DNA of 64,000 nucleotides from Spirochaetia bacterium (GCA_963668315.1 OY764216.1:3872001-3936000), one strand, 5' to 3'. Shown: positions 43,493 to 54,936, counted from the first letter of the stretch. Notes: generated by a model from the sequence alone, not told the origin. A program made the numbers and translations.

Positions 43493-44107
43493 ATGACAAA
43501 TTCCTTTGATAAAAATGCTCCCTTCTGGGATAGGAACACCTACAGGGTTGAACGGGCCGGGATCGTGGCACAGGCGATTGAAGAGAAGATTCCCCTCTCT
43601 GAAAAGATGGAGGCACTGGATTTCGGATGCGGCACCGGTCTATTAGGGTTCAGCCTGATTAAAAAGCTCGGCACCATGACGTTCTGGGATACTTCGGAGG
43701 GCATGATCAATGAGGTGAAATCAAAAGCCGGGCCCTACGGGGACAGGGTCATAGCCCGCCCCTGTGACATTTTTTCACAAACAGGGGATGATCGTTTCGA
43801 TCTCATTGTCACCCTCATGACCCTCCACCATATCCCCGATGCGGACGGAGCCGTTCTCAGGCTGGCGGATCATCTGAAGAGCGGAGGCTTCCTCTGCCTC
43901 TCCGATCTGGACGAAGAGGACGGATCGTTCCATGGCCATGACCCGGAAATCCCTTATAACGGATTTGATGTGAAGAGATTTGAAAACCTGCTTGCCTCCC
44001 GGGGACTTGAGAAGATCTCCACCTCCCACCCCTTTGTTAACGAAAGGGAAGTGGAAGGAGAGATGCGGGGCTATCCGATCTTTCTGACCATCTACCGAAA
44101 GGCCTAA
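43493..44107 (+). CDS. Class I SAM-dependent methyltransferase
   Basis: LDFGCGTG, FDLIV..MTLHHI, DLDEEDGSFH. Confidence 0.9.
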   Translation: MTNSFDKNAPFWDRNTYRVERAGIVAQAIEEKIPLSEKMEALDFGCGTGLLGFSLIKKLGTMTFWDTSEGMINEVKSKAGPYGDRVIARPCDIFSQTGDDRFDLIVTLMTLHHIPDADGAVLRLADHLKSGGFLCLSDLDEEDGSFHGHDPEIPYNGFDVKRFENLLASRGLEKISTSHPFVNEREVEGEMRGYPIFLTIYRKA

Positions 44108-47100
44108 TTATCTTCCCTATCAGCCCGGGCCCGTTCCTTCGTGTTGATAATCAGCATCTGGAGTCTGTTTTCCACATTGGCGAAGCTGGTATCCGGATCG
44201 TAATCGAGGGCCAGCACCTGGATGTGGGGCGCCTCTTTTTTGATGGCCTTGACCAGTCCCCGGCCCGTCACATGGTTGGGGAGGCATCCGAAGGGCTGCA
44301 GGATGAGGAAAGAGTTGACCCCGTGCTCGGCGTTATGGAGGATTTCCCCGGCGATCATCCACCCCTCGCCGGAAGTGAAGGTCTTGTCGATGATGTGCTG
44401 GGAACGCTGGGCGATCTCCTTGAGCTCGGGCTTGTCCTCCCACAGGGGATGTCGGGCGGCGATGCGGGTCACCTTGCGGATAACGTGGCTCACGTATTTT
44501 TCCGTAGTCTTCGTGAGGAATAGTTTGACCGCCGGGACGGAAACATGGTATTCGGCGCTCTGATCCATCTCCAGAAGGTACTCCCGGTGGATGCTGTAGA
44601 AGAGGTTGGGCATGATCACTTCCAGGCCGTTCTGCTCCAGGTAATCCTCGATGTAGTTGTTGGAGCCGGGATGGAAGTTCAGCAGGAACTCGCCGATCAT
44701 GAAAACCCGGGGCTTTCGGGCGCTGCGGTCGTAATCCATCTCCATCAGGCGGGTCACGCCCTTCTCGTAAGCCTTGATCGCTGTGGGCAGAGACCTGTCG
44801 AAGCCGTCGCACATGGCCAGTACGGTCTCCTCGAAGATACGGTTCGTCTCTCCCGGAACCTTCTCGTAGGGACGGATTTTACGCCTCAGGTCTTCCAGGG
44901 CGTCGTTCATGCAGAGTCCCCAGAGCATTCTCAGCTCAAAGAGGGGATTCAGGGAGAAGCCGGGGTGGAGATTCTTGTAGTCCGTATCCAGAGTGGTGAG
45001 CAGAGTATTGCCGTACCCCGCATCGTCCAGGGCCTGACGGGCCATCATGGCGTAATGGGCCAGACGGCAGTCACACTGGTCCTTTGCCAGGATCAGAACG
45101 CAGTCTTCCGGATCGTACTCCTCCGACTCCAGCAGGGCCAGAAACTCTCCGATATTGATCTGGGCGGGGAAGCACATGTCGTTGTGGACATACTTCTTTC
45201 CCAGAGCGATGGCCCGTTCACCCGCCAGGGGAAGGGGCTTCACGTTGTAGCCCTGTCCGCGGATGGCGGCGGTTCCCACCTGGGCGAAGGCCCAGGAGAC
45301 GTTGGGGACGAAAATGGTCTTTTTCCGGTCCTTCTTCTCGTAGGGCTTGTCGTAGGGCTTCACTTCCTGAATTTCCTGGACCACACCGGTCTCCCGGCGG
45401 GTCCGTACCGTCTCTATAAAGGATTTCACCCGAATGTTCAGGGGGCCGGTGACGTCGCTCTCGTCCATTTTCAACGAGAGGGGGCTCTTGCCGGCGGCCT
45501 GGGAGAGGATACGGTTCAGCTCATCGGTGATGACCGCATCGTGGCCGCATCCGAAGCTGACGATCTGCACGTACTCCAGACGGGGATCGTTAATCACCTT
45601 CTGGGCGGCGGCGAACATTCTCACATGGTAGTTCACCGTCAGCTCCGCCCGGACCGAATCGAGCCTTGTCTCATGGAGACCGGGCAGGGCGTCCAGGGGC
45701 AGGACGGGAATGTTATCCCGGGTAAAGTAGTCGGAGAGGTTGTGGTTGATCAGGGGATCGGAGTGGTAGGGACGGCCCGCCATGACTATGGCGAACTCCC
45801 CTTCCCCGAGGGAATCGAGGAGCTTCTGCCCCTCCTCTTCCAGAATCCGGTGGAACTCGGCGAGGGCCCGGTCCCCCTGATCGATGGCGTCCCGGACGGT
45901 CTCCTCGGGCAGGCCGAAGGTACCGTTGAAGAAGGCCACGATGGAGTCGATGCGGGCCTTTTTATCCACCCAGTGAAAGACGGGCGTATCAAAGGGAATA
46001 CCGTGCTTCTCCTCCGGCTCCTGGCTGGCCTGGAGCACCATGGGGTACCCCTTGAGAACGGCGCAGGCGTGCTGGCTGGTGGGCACATATTTGTTTTCCG
46101 GCACCATGCGGTTCATAATGGGCATGAAGATGCGGTCCACCTTCTTTTCGATCAGATCGTTCAGATGGCCGTGGGACAGCTTGGCGGGAAAACAGACCGT
46201 ATCGGAGGGAACCGATGAAAGGCCGTCCTCGAACATCTTCCGGGTTGAACGGGCCGAGAGCTGCACATTGAAACCCAGGGCCGTGAATATGGTATTCCAG
46301 AAGGGGTAGCTTTCCCAGAAGTCGAGGCTCCGGGGAAAACCGATGGTAATATCCTTCTTGGGGGAAATGACCTGTACGGGGTAATCTTTCAGGAGGTAGC
46401 CCTCCCGCGCCTTGAAGAGGTCACGGTTCTGCTTCTTGTCCTTATTCAGTTCCTTCAGCTTCTTCCGGGTTTCCTCGTCCTTCACATCACCCAGTATCTC
46501 TCCTCTCTCGCAGCGGTTGCCGGTGATATGGCTCTCCCCGTTGGAGAAAAGGATACGGGTTCTGTTGCAGTTGTTGGAACAGAAGGGGCAGACAAGACCG
46601 GTCTCCCGTTCATAGGAGAAGTTTTCCAGCTCATTCCAGTCAAGAAAGCGGCTCTCTCCGGTCAGGGAGGATTTTCTCTTCGTCAGCAGGGCGATGCCGA
46701 TGGCACCCATCTCTCCCGGATAGGGAGCACGGACAACTTCCCGGTCGGTAAATCTCTCCAGAGCCCGCAGAACGGCGTCGTTGCGGAAGGTCCCCCCCTG
46801 TACGACGATCCGGTCTCCCAGGGATTTCATGTTGGAGAGGCGGATGACCTTGGTGAAGACGTTCTCCACGATGGAGTTGCAGAGCCCGGCCATGATATCC
46901 GACGGGGTCTTTCCGTTTTTCTGTTCGGTGATGATGGAGGAGTTCATGAAAACCGTACAGCGCGATCCCAGGACCGAAGGGCTTTTCGATTGGAACGCCA
47001 TGGAGGCGATCTCCCCCACGGGAATGTTCAGGGAATCGGCGAAGTTTTCCAGGAAGGATCCGCATCCGGCGGAACAGGCCTCGTTCAGGGTGATTCCCGT

Positions 47101-48474
47101 GACGATCCCCTCTCCCAGGAAAATAGCTTTCATGTCCTGCCCGCCTATGTCCAGGATGAAGGAGGCGCCGGGGGCATATTTCAGAGCCGCTTCGGTATGG
47201 GCGACGGTCTCCACCGAGTGGTAGTCCCCCCGGAAGGCCTTATTGAAAAGCAGTTCCCCGTAGCCGGTGGTACCCATGCCTTTGATGTTCAGGGTAATAC
47301 CCAGAGAGTCGGCTTTTTTCTTCAGGTCGAGCAGGGCGTTTTTCACGACGATAAGCGGTTCGCCGTGGTTCTTTCCGTAGTAGGAGTAAACCAGCTCTTC
47401 ACGGTCATCGAGCAGTACAAATTTACTGGTGGTCGATCCGGCGTCGATTCCCAGCCAGACATCCAGGGTCTTTCCCGCGTAATCCTCGAACCGGGGAACG
47501 GGGGGCAGTTTGTGCCTCTCGGCAAAGGCTTCCTCTTCTTCCCTGCCGGAAAAATAGGCCTCGGCCAGCTCGCTCCCGATTCCCTTGTCCGGATGGGTGA
47601 AAGCCGTATGGTCAAGAAAATCCTTCAGATCCACATCGGGGGCATCGGCGAACATGGCGGGAATCCCCAGGGCGGCGCCGTAGGCGATCATGACCTGGGG
47701 ATTGTCGGGGATAATCACCTGATCGGCCCGCAGATTGAGTCTTTCGGCGAACACCTTTACCAGCCGGGGGTTAAAGTGGAGAGGTCCTCCCTCAAAAATA
47801 ACCGGAGGATGGATTTCCAATCCCTGGGCCAGTCCTCCTATGGTCTGCTTGGCAATGGCGTGGTAACAGGAGAGGGCCAGATCCTCCTTGCCGATACCCG
47901 CGTTCAGAAGGGGCTGGATATCGGTCTTGGCAAAAACACCGCACCGGCCGGATATGTCGTAGACCGTATTTCCCGCTTCGGCATATTGGTTCAGCTCTTC
48001 GATGGGAAGCTTCAGGATGCCGGCGACTTCGTCCAGGAAGGCTCCCGTTCCGCCGGCGCAGCTGCCGTTCATTCTCATGTCCGAGGCGATCAGCTGGCCG
48101 CTCTTCTCATCCTTGTGGAAGAAAGTGACCTTGGCGTCCTGACCGCCCAGTTCCACGGCGACCCGGGTGTCGGGATAAAACTCGCGCACCGCCAGGGAAT
48201 TGGCCACCACTTCCTGAATATAGGACGCGCCTAGCTCACCGGCCAGCTCCCGGGAACCGGAACCGCAGAAAACGGGAATCACCCTTATGGCGGGGAATTT
48301 TTCCAGAATATCCTGCAGAAGACCGTGGGCGGCCTCTCTCTGCTCGGCGCCGTGGCGGCGGTAATCGTGATAAATCAGCTCTTTTTTACTGTCCACCAGA
48401 GCCGCTTTGACCGTGGTGGATCCGATATCTATACCTAACCAGTAGGGACAATTCTCAATTTTACTAGTACTCAT
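44104..48474 (-). CDS. Acyl-CoA dehydratase activase-related multidomain protein (two ASKHA/BadF domains plus DUF2229-like region)
   Basis: GIDIGSTT..ELGGQDAK..CAGGTGAF; GIDAGSTT..DIGGQDMK..CSAGCGSF; CFPAK, SFGCGHD, QPFGCLPNH. Confidence 0.9.
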   Translation of the reverse strand: MSTSKIENCPYWLGIDIGSTTVKAALVDSKKELIYHDYRRHGAEQREAAHGLLQDILEKFPAIRVIPVFCGSGSRELAGELGASYIQEVVANSLAVREFYPDTRVAVELGGQDAKVTFFHKDEKSGQLIASDMRMNGSCAGGTGAFLDEVAGILKLPIEELNQYAEAGNTVYDISGRCGVFAKTDIQPLLNAGIGKEDLALSCYHAIAKQTIGGLAQGLEIHPPVIFEGGPLHFNPRLVKVFAERLNLRADQVIIPDNPQVMIAYGAALGIPAMFADAPDVDLKDFLDHTAFTHPDKGIGSELAEAYFSGREEEEAFAERHKLPPVPRFEDYAGKTLDVWLGIDAGSTTSKFVLLDDREELVYSYYGKNHGEPLIVVKNALLDLKKKADSLGITLNIKGMGTTGYGELLFNKAFRGDYHSVETVAHTEAALKYAPGASFILDIGGQDMKAIFLGEGIVTGITLNEACSAGCGSFLENFADSLNIPVGEIASMAFQSKSPSVLGSRCTVFMNSSIITEQKNGKTPSDIMAGLCNSIVENVFTKVIRLSNMKSLGDRIVVQGGTFRNDAVLRALERFTDREVVRAPYPGEMGAIGIALLTKRKSSLTGESRFLDWNELENFSYERETGLVCPFCSNNCNRTRILFSNGESHITGNRCERGEILGDVKDEETRKKLKELNKDKKQNRDLFKAREGYLLKDYPVQVISPKKDITIGFPRSLDFWESYPFWNTIFTALGFNVQLSARSTRKMFEDGLSSVPSDTVCFPAKLSHGHLNDLIEKKVDRIFMPIMNRMVPENKYVPTSQHACAVLKGYPMVLQASQEPEEKHGIPFDTPVFHWVDKKARIDSIVAFFNGTFGLPEETVRDAIDQGDRALAEFHRILEEEGQKLLDSLGEGEFAIVMAGRPYHSDPLINHNLSDYFTRDNIPVLPLDALPGLHETRLDSVRAELTVNYHVRMFAAAQKVINDPRLEYVQIVSFGCGHDAVITDELNRILSQAAGKSPLSLKMDESDVTGPLNIRVKSFIETVRTRRETGVVQEIQEVKPYDKPYEKKDRKKTIFVPNVSWAFAQVGTAAIRGQGYNVKPLPLAGERAIALGKKYVHNDMCFPAQINIGEFLALLESEEYDPEDCVLILAKDQCDCRLAHYAMMARQALDDAGYGNTLLTTLDTDYKNLHPGFSLNPLFELRMLWGLCMNDALEDLRRKIRPYEKVPGETNRIFEETVLAMCDGFDRSLPTAIKAYEKGVTRLMEMDYDRSARKPRVFMIGEFLLNFHPGSNNYIEDYLEQNGLEVIMPNLFYSIHREYLLEMDQSAEYHVSVPAVKLFLTKTTEKYVSHVIRKVTRIAARHPLWEDKPELKEIAQRSQHIIDKTFTSGEGWMIAGEILHNAEHGVNSFLILQPFGCLPNHVTGRGLVKAIKKEAPHIQVLALDYDPDTSFANVENRLQMLIINTKERARADREDN

Positions 48475-48579
48475 CGGGATTATATTAAAACTTTTTGCCC
48501 CTTTATTCCATAGTATGAAAAAAAGATGCCCCTATCTTTGCATTTCTCCTTTTTTTATATGTAAAATATAAATTAAGAC

Positions 48580-50532
48580 ATGGAAAACAAAAAAAGCCTT
48601 CTGGGAACGGTCTGGCTGATAACGTCCATCTTTTTTTTCCTCCTCGCCGCCCTTATTTTTCTTTCGGAAATAAGCTTCCATAAAAGAAATTTCCAGGAGA
48701 ATATTGTAAAAGCCGAAGAATCCTATTACCGGGAACAAAGAGAGAATCTGAAGAACGAGGTCAACCGCATTCTATTACGGGTGGAGTTTCAGAAATCCGC
48801 GGTGAGCCGTCTGACTAAGGAGCAAGTGAAGTCAAGATCCCTGGAAGGTTACGGGCTGACCCTGGACCTTTACGAAAAGGGAAACCACTGCTTCTCACAG
48901 GAGGATTTACAGAGGGAAATCCTTACCTCCCTCCGGGGGTTGAGCTATTTTGACGGGGCGGGCTATTACTTTGTCATAGGGACCGACGGAATCATTCTCA
49001 TGAACAAGAGTGCACCGGAGAAGGAAAACCGGGCCGTCTCCTCCCTGGAAGACAGGGAGAGGGAGGTGCTGCAAGGGCTGCTTTCCCACGCCCGGCAGAA
49101 CGGATCGGACTATTATTCCTACGAATGGTACGAACCGGATAATCCCGAAATATGGCTGAAAAAACTGGTATACTACAAAGTCTTCGAGCCCTATGGCTGG
49201 ATAATCGGCACCGGACTTTTTGAAGAAGACATATCAAGAAGCCTTCAGAAGGGCCTCCTCAATTCCATCGACTACGTTTTTTCCGATAAACCTGACCATA
49301 TTTTTATCGGGGATACGAAGGGCAATATGCTTCTCGGCTCCCACAGGGGGGTAAATTATCTGGAAAGCGGGGACAGGGATAAGATAAAGCTCTACGAAGA
49401 TATTCTCGCCACCGCACAAGAGGGGGGTTTTCTTGAATACCAGATACCCCACAGCCTGAATGATAACGGAAGAAGGCTCAGCTATATAGGAAAAGTAGAA
49501 GGCTGGAACTGGTTTATCGGCACCGTCATCTCCACCAATGAACTGGAAAGGGAGATCAACCTCATCAGTATGGATTCCCAAAGAGAGCTCAGACGGGAAC
49601 TGGCCCATCTGAGCCTGATTGTCCTGATTCTTTTTGTAATTCTTATTCTCTTCTTCACCATCATTAAGAAATTTTTCAATCAGGATCTGTATTACTTCTC
49701 CCGTTTTTTCAAGCAGGCCTCAACAGAAAACATTCCCATTCAGAAGGAAAAGATCCGGTTCCGGGAGTTTTACGATCTGAGCGATTACGCCAACAAGATG
49801 GTTGAAGAAAAAAAACGGGGAGACAGGGAAAAACAGAGGCGGAGAAATCTGGAATCACTGAGTTTCCTGGCAGCAGGAATCGCCCACGATTTCAATAACG
49901 CTCTCATGGGAATATTCGGGAATGTGGAACTGGCCCAGCGCTGCGTCGAAACGGAGGAAGATCCCCTTCCTTTCCTGGATAGAGCTCTGGAAGCCATGGA
50001 GTACACCCGCAGAATCACCGCCCGGCTCCTGACATTCGCCGAAGGGGGCCACCCCTCCTTCCGGAAGATTTCCCTGAAGAGTTTGATTGATACAACCGTG
50101 GAACAGTGGATGGAAGAGGAGTCCCGCCCGCCGGTGATAAGGGAAATCCCCGAAGGGACGACGATCCAGGGAGATGCCAATCAGCTGAATCTCGCCTTCT
50201 CCTTTCTCCTCGCCAACGCCTTTGAAGCGGCGGAACCCCGGAGCGCCATAACCATTCATGCAGAAAAAATGATTCTTACCCGGGCCTTCCCTCCCCGCCT
50301 GTCAGGCCATTACGTGCGGATAGATATCATTGACCGGGGAGAAGGAATGGACGAGGAAACCCTGGAAAAAGTATTCGATCCCTACTTTTCCACGAAGCGG
50401 ACAGGACGGGGCCTCGGCATCCCCACCGTCTTCAGCATCATCAAGCACCACAGGGGCTATACGGATATCCGTTCTGAAACGGGTAAGGGAACCACCGTCT
50501 CCCTCTATATTCCCGAGGGAGAAGACAGTTAA
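48580..50532 (+). CDS. Cache-domain membrane sensor histidine kinase
   Basis: Two TM segments, Cache (YYFVI, PYGWIIGTG), AHDFNN, DRGEGM, FDPYFSTK, GRGLG. Confidence 0.92.
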   Translation: MENKKSLLGTVWLITSIFFFLLAALIFLSEISFHKRNFQENIVKAEESYYREQRENLKNEVNRILLRVEFQKSAVSRLTKEQVKSRSLEGYGLTLDLYEKGNHCFSQEDLQREILTSLRGLSYFDGAGYYFVIGTDGIILMNKSAPEKENRAVSSLEDREREVLQGLLSHARQNGSDYYSYEWYEPDNPEIWLKKLVYYKVFEPYGWIIGTGLFEEDISRSLQKGLLNSIDYVFSDKPDHIFIGDTKGNMLLGSHRGVNYLESGDRDKIKLYEDILATAQEGGFLEYQIPHSLNDNGRRLSYIGKVEGWNWFIGTVISTNELEREINLISMDSQRELRRELAHLSLIVLILFVILILFFTIIKKFFNQDLYYFSRFFKQASTENIPIQKEKIRFREFYDLSDYANKMVEEKKRGDREKQRRRNLESLSFLAAGIAHDFNNALMGIFGNVELAQRCVETEEDPLPFLDRALEAMEYTRRITARLLTFAEGGHPSFRKISLKSLIDTTVEQWMEEESRPPVIREIPEGTTIQGDANQLNLAFSFLLANAFEAAEPRSAITIHAEKMILTRAFPPRLSGHYVRIDIIDRGEGMDEETLEKVFDPYFSTKRTGRGLGIPTVFSIIKHHRGYTDIRSETGKGTTVSLYIPEGEDS

Positions 50533-53500
50533 AGAAGCTGATTGAGCCTGTCCCGGATAAACTCCGATTTTTCCTTCAGGCCGATTTTCCCCGTCTCCAG
50601 CATCAGGGCGTCGGGTCTCGCCGGATTCAGCTTGACCGATCCTCCCGCCGAGCCTATCAGGTTCATAAGCTTGTCCACGGATATCTTCGCCACCCGGCTG
50701 AACGTGACCGTGGCGATGCCCTTCCTCTCCTTCAACGAGGAAATCCACAGGCGGCGGCAGATAATGCGGATCTCCGAAAGGGAAAGGAGGCTCTGCAGCT
50801 CGTCGGGCATGGGACCGAAACGGTCGAACAATTCGGCGGTAAAAGATTCCAGCTCCTCTTCGCTTGAGACGGCGGCGATCTTCTTGTACACTTCCATCTT
50901 TTCCGAGGGATCGGTAATGTAGGAATCGGGAACGAAGCCGGAATAGTCCAGCTCCAGGTAGACCTCCGGCGGCTGTTCTTCGTGCTCCTCCCGCTTCTGC
51001 CTCGCCTCGATGGCTTCCGACAGCAGGCGTATGTACATATCGAAACCGACGGCCAGGATCTCTCCGGACTGCTCGCTTCCCAGAAGATTTCCGGCTCCCC
51101 GCACTTCCAGGTCCTTCATGGCGATCTTGAATCCCGAGCCCAGTTCGGTGAAGTCGGAGATGATCTTCAGTCTCTTCATGGCCAGTTCGGTCATGGGCTT
51201 GTCCTTGGGGTAGAGCATATAGGCGTAGGCAAGACGGCCGGATCGTCCGACCCGTCCCCTCAGCTGGTAGAGCTGGCTGATGCCGTACATATCGGCCCGG
51301 TCGATGATAATCGTATTCACGTTGGGAATGTCGATGCCGTTCTCCACGATGGTGGTGGAGACGAGCACCTGGAACGCCCCGTGGATGAACCGGTGCATGA
51401 TGTCTTCCAGAGTCCGGGGCGTCATCTGCCCGTGGGCCATCTCGATCATGACCTCGGGAATCAGCTCCTGCAGAAAAAGGGTCGTCTGCTCCAGGCTCTC
51501 CACCCGATTGTGCAGAAAGAAGACCTGCCCTCCCCTCTCCACCTCGCGGCGGATGGCCCGGGCGACCAGATCGGGCTGGAACTCCTGGATAAAGGTCTCC
51601 ACCGGCTTGCGGTTTGTCGGCGGCGTTTCCAGGAGGGAGAGATCGCGGATCTTCACCAGCGACATATGAAGCGTCCGGGGGATGGGCGTGGCCGACAGGG
51701 TCAGACAGTCGATATCCTGCTTGACCTCCTTGAGCCTCTCCTTGTGCTTGACCCCGAAGCGCTGCTCCTCGTCTATAATGAGCAGGCCCAGCTGCTTGAA
51801 CTTGATATCCTTGGAAAGGGCCCGATGCGTCCCGATGAGAAGATCGATCTCCCCCTTGGCCAGCCCCTCGAGGAGGATCTTCTGCTCCGCCTTGGGAACG
51901 AGGCGGGAGATCATGGCGATTTTTATGGGAAAGCGTTTGAACCGCTCGGTAAAGTTCTCGTAATGCTGCTCGCAGAGAATCGTGGTCGGACAGACCAGAC
52001 AGCACTGGCGGCCCCCGATGACCGATTTGAAGGCGGCCCGCATGGCCACTTCGGTCTTTCCGAAACCCACGTCCCCGCAGAGCAGCCTGTCCATGGGGCG
52101 GGGCCTCTCCATATCCCCCTTGATGGCCTCCACGGCCCTGAGCTGATCGGGGGTCTCCTCATAGGGGAAGGCCGCTTCGAACTCCACCTGGAAGTCGTTA
52201 TCCGCAGGGAAGGCGTAGCCCGAGGACTCCTGGCGGTAGGCGTAGAGCTGAATCAGCCGGTCGGCGATATCCTCGACTTTCCTCTTGACATTATTCCGCT
52301 TCTTTTCCCAGACCGAACCGCCTATCTTGTCGAGCCGGGGACTGGCCCCCTTGCTGCCGATATACCTCTGGACCAGGTTAACCTGCTCGATGGGTATGAA
52401 AACGGTCTCCTCCCCCTGATATTCCAGGGAGATGTAATCCCTCTCGTTTCCCGCCGCCTTGATGCGCTTAATCCCCAGAAAGCGCCCGATACCGTAGTTG
52501 ACATGGACCACGTAGTCACCCGGGTTCAGGTCGACGAAGGAATCGATAACCTGACTCTTTACCGTCTTGACGGACCGGGCGATGCGCTTTTTCCGTCCGA
52601 AGATTTCATTCTCCTGGATACAGACCAGCTTCTCCTCGGGGAGGGAAAATCCGGAGGAGATCGATTCGGAAACGATTTTAACAGGGAATTCCTTGAGAAT
52701 AAAGGAGATACGGTCTGCCTGAGATTCCGATTCGGCGAAGATGTAGATCTGAAATCCCCCCTCGACCAGGGTGGTGAGCTCTTCCTTGAAAAAGTTCATA
52801 TTCCCGAAAAAGGACCGTCCCGCGGTAACCTGGAACTGAATCAGTTCCTCCCGGGAGAGCTCTTCCGGCATGAGGGAGTGGAGCAGCAGGGTCCGCGCCG
52901 GGGGATTTTCCACCAGAGCGAGGGGATCGGCCATAATCCGGTCGGGAGAAGGATAATTCAATCCCTCCGAACGGGCCCTTTTATAGAGTTCCCCGTACTC
53001 CTGATTCAGACCCTGGGCACTGTTCTTCAGCAGCTCCGGATTGATATAATAGACCGCCGATTTCTCTCCGAGATAGTCAAAAATCGTATAATTTTTTTCA
53101 AAACAGAGCGGATAGAAAAGTTCCTCCCCCCTTATTTCTCCCGAAGTGCGCAGTTCTGTGAGAAACTCCTCTCCGTCAAAACCGATCTCCCCCATTTTCT
53201 TTTCCAGCCGGCCTATCAGCTCCTCCTCCCAGAGGACTTCCCGGGCGGGATAGATAGTGGCGCTCTCCCTTTTTCCCACGGAACTCTGATTAAGAGGATC
53301 GAACAGACGGATTTCCTCTACTTCATCAAAATCGATGACGATACGGAGGGCCGCGCTCCTTCCGGGGGAATACACATCAAGCACCTCACCGCGCAGGGCG
53401 AATTCTCCGGCCACACTGACCCGGGGCACCCTCAGATACCCCCAGCGGCTCAGCTCGGCGGCTATCTCCTCGGGATCTATAGACTGGCCTGTCTTTATAT

Positions 53501-53930
53501 TCAGGGTCCGGCTCAGAAGGTACTCGGGAGGGGGAAGCAGACTGGCGGCGGCCCTCAGAGAGGCCACGACAATCGATTTTCTTCCCGTACGGCACTCAGC
53601 CAGAGCCAGAACGCGGCGGCCGAATACGGCTGCCTGGGGGGAGACGCCCCGGTAAAGCATGGTTCCCCAGGAGGGGAAGTGGTACACATCTTCCTTATAA
53701 AGGGACAAATCCCTGACCATCTCCTCCGCTTCCTGATCGGTGGATGTCAGGACAAGGGAAAAATCCCGGGCGAAAGGACTGAGCGTCGCGGCAAGACCTG
53801 CGGAGAATGGTCCCTGCGATCCGGTGATATGGATGGGAAAAGAACCGGAGCAGAAGAGATTCTCCAGCTTCTTGTATTCGAAATTGCCTTTTATCCTTTT
53901 ATTAAGTTCATTAAGAAATAAACTAATCAT
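50529..53930 (-). CDS. mfd: Transcription-repair coupling factor
   Basis: VVHVNYGIGRF, GDVGFGKTEVA, DEEQRFG, SATPIPRTL, QLRGRVGR, DLEVRGAGNLLG; start placed at ATG 53930. Confidence 0.97.
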   Translation of the reverse strand: MISLFLNELNKRIKGNFEYKKLENLFCSGSFPIHITGSQGPFSAGLAATLSPFARDFSLVLTSTDQEAEEMVRDLSLYKEDVYHFPSWGTMLYRGVSPQAAVFGRRVLALAECRTGRKSIVVASLRAAASLLPPPEYLLSRTLNIKTGQSIDPEEIAAELSRWGYLRVPRVSVAGEFALRGEVLDVYSPGRSAALRIVIDFDEVEEIRLFDPLNQSSVGKRESATIYPAREVLWEEELIGRLEKKMGEIGFDGEEFLTELRTSGEIRGEELFYPLCFEKNYTIFDYLGEKSAVYYINPELLKNSAQGLNQEYGELYKRARSEGLNYPSPDRIMADPLALVENPPARTLLLHSLMPEELSREELIQFQVTAGRSFFGNMNFFKEELTTLVEGGFQIYIFAESESQADRISFILKEFPVKIVSESISSGFSLPEEKLVCIQENEIFGRKKRIARSVKTVKSQVIDSFVDLNPGDYVVHVNYGIGRFLGIKRIKAAGNERDYISLEYQGEETVFIPIEQVNLVQRYIGSKGASPRLDKIGGSVWEKKRNNVKRKVEDIADRLIQLYAYRQESSGYAFPADNDFQVEFEAAFPYEETPDQLRAVEAIKGDMERPRPMDRLLCGDVGFGKTEVAMRAAFKSVIGGRQCCLVCPTTILCEQHYENFTERFKRFPIKIAMISRLVPKAEQKILLEGLAKGEIDLLIGTHRALSKDIKFKQLGLLIIDEEQRFGVKHKERLKEVKQDIDCLTLSATPIPRTLHMSLVKIRDLSLLETPPTNRKPVETFIQEFQPDLVARAIRREVERGGQVFFLHNRVESLEQTTLFLQELIPEVMIEMAHGQMTPRTLEDIMHRFIHGAFQVLVSTTIVENGIDIPNVNTIIIDRADMYGISQLYQLRGRVGRSGRLAYAYMLYPKDKPMTELAMKRLKIISDFTELGSGFKIAMKDLEVRGAGNLLGSEQSGEILAVGFDMYIRLLSEAIEARQKREEHEEQPPEVYLELDYSGFVPDSYITDPSEKMEVYKKIAAVSSEEELESFTAELFDRFGPMPDELQSLLSLSEIRIICRRLWISSLKERKGIATVTFSRVAKISVDKLMNLIGSAGGSVKLNPARPDALMLETGKIGLKEKSEFIRDRLNQLL

Positions 53931-53979
53931 GAAAACCTGCCGATAGAAATTGTAGAAGACTGATACACAGAGGTATGCA

Positions 53980-54936
53980 ATGAGAAAGAGGCGGGCCCTG
54001 ACTCTTTTATTAACATTAATGACATTTTCCCTTTTTGGCAATAACGAAGTGGAGATGAACATTCGATTTTTTGACAAGAACCTCTACTTTCCCGATAGCG
54101 ATATTCTTATCAAAGTCGAACTGAAAAACGAATCATCCGCACCCTACTCCTTCAAGATAGCCGATATCAAGGAGTATAACCTGCGTTTTTCCCTGAGGGA
54201 TATGAAGAACCGGACTCTGCCCCTGGCCGAGGAGTACACCGACTATTTCGTTTCTTCCAACCCCTATTTCTACCGCCAGGTGAACCTGGAACCGGGTGAG
54301 GAATTCGCCTTCGTGGTTAATCTGAGCGATTACATTGAGATTTCCGACGCGGGCCTCTACCTGATAGAGGCGAATTTCTATCCCGAACTCAACAACATGA
54401 TCGCCCCTTCCCCCCAGCATCTGGTTTCTAACAGGCTCTCCCTCTCGGTCAGGCCCTCCTACCGCAGGGACGATCCCCAGCTCATCATCGATGATGAAAC
54501 GGGCGTTATCCTCAAGGCGGAACAGCTGCCCCCCGACAGGGTCACCGAATACATGCTTTCCGCCCGGCAGAAGGACGAATGGGAAAAATTCTTTCTTTAC
54601 ATGGACATGGAATCCCTCCTGCTGAATAATCCCGTCAACGCCCGCGAGTACCAGCGGGTCACCGAAGAGGAGCGTTTCGCCCTCCTGGAATCCTATAAGG
54701 CCGATTTGAAAGAGGGAAATATTACCGAGCAGCAGACATTCGTGGACAAGCCTTTCAATTTCCAGGTGCTGCGTACCTCCTACACCCCGGACAAGGCGGA
54801 AGTCATGGTCAGGGAGTATTTCTCCTTCGAAAATTACGATTTCCAGGTGGTCAGAGACTATACCTACTACCTGAAGAGAACCGACGAGATATGGCGCATA
54901 TACGATTATGCGGTAACCAATATACGGACCGAATAG
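53980..54936 (+). CDS. Hypothetical exported protein
   Basis: Signal peptide, core-like codon usage, first gene of an apparent operon divergent from mfd. Confidence 0.75.
   Translation: MRKRRALTLLLTLMTFSLFGNNEVEMNIRFFDKNLYFPDSDILIKVELKNESSAPYSFKIADIKEYNLRFSLRDMKNRTLPLAEEYTDYFVSSNPYFYRQVNLEPGEEFAFVVNLSDYIEISDAGLYLIEANFYPELNNMIAPSPQHLVSNRLSLSVRPSYRRDDPQLIIDDETGVILKAEQLPPDRVTEYMLSARQKDEWEKFFLYMDMESLLLNNPVNAREYQRVTEEERFALLESYKADLKEGNITEQQTFVDKPFNFQVLRTSYTPDKAEVMVREYFSFENYDFQVVRDYTYYLKRTDEIWRIYDYAVTNIRTE

Noticed and set aside
50982..53921. 979-aa plus-strand ORF (similar shadows lie over pyrG, lacZ, activase and metK)
   Set aside because: Antisense shadow of mfd caused by codon bias in GC-rich genes
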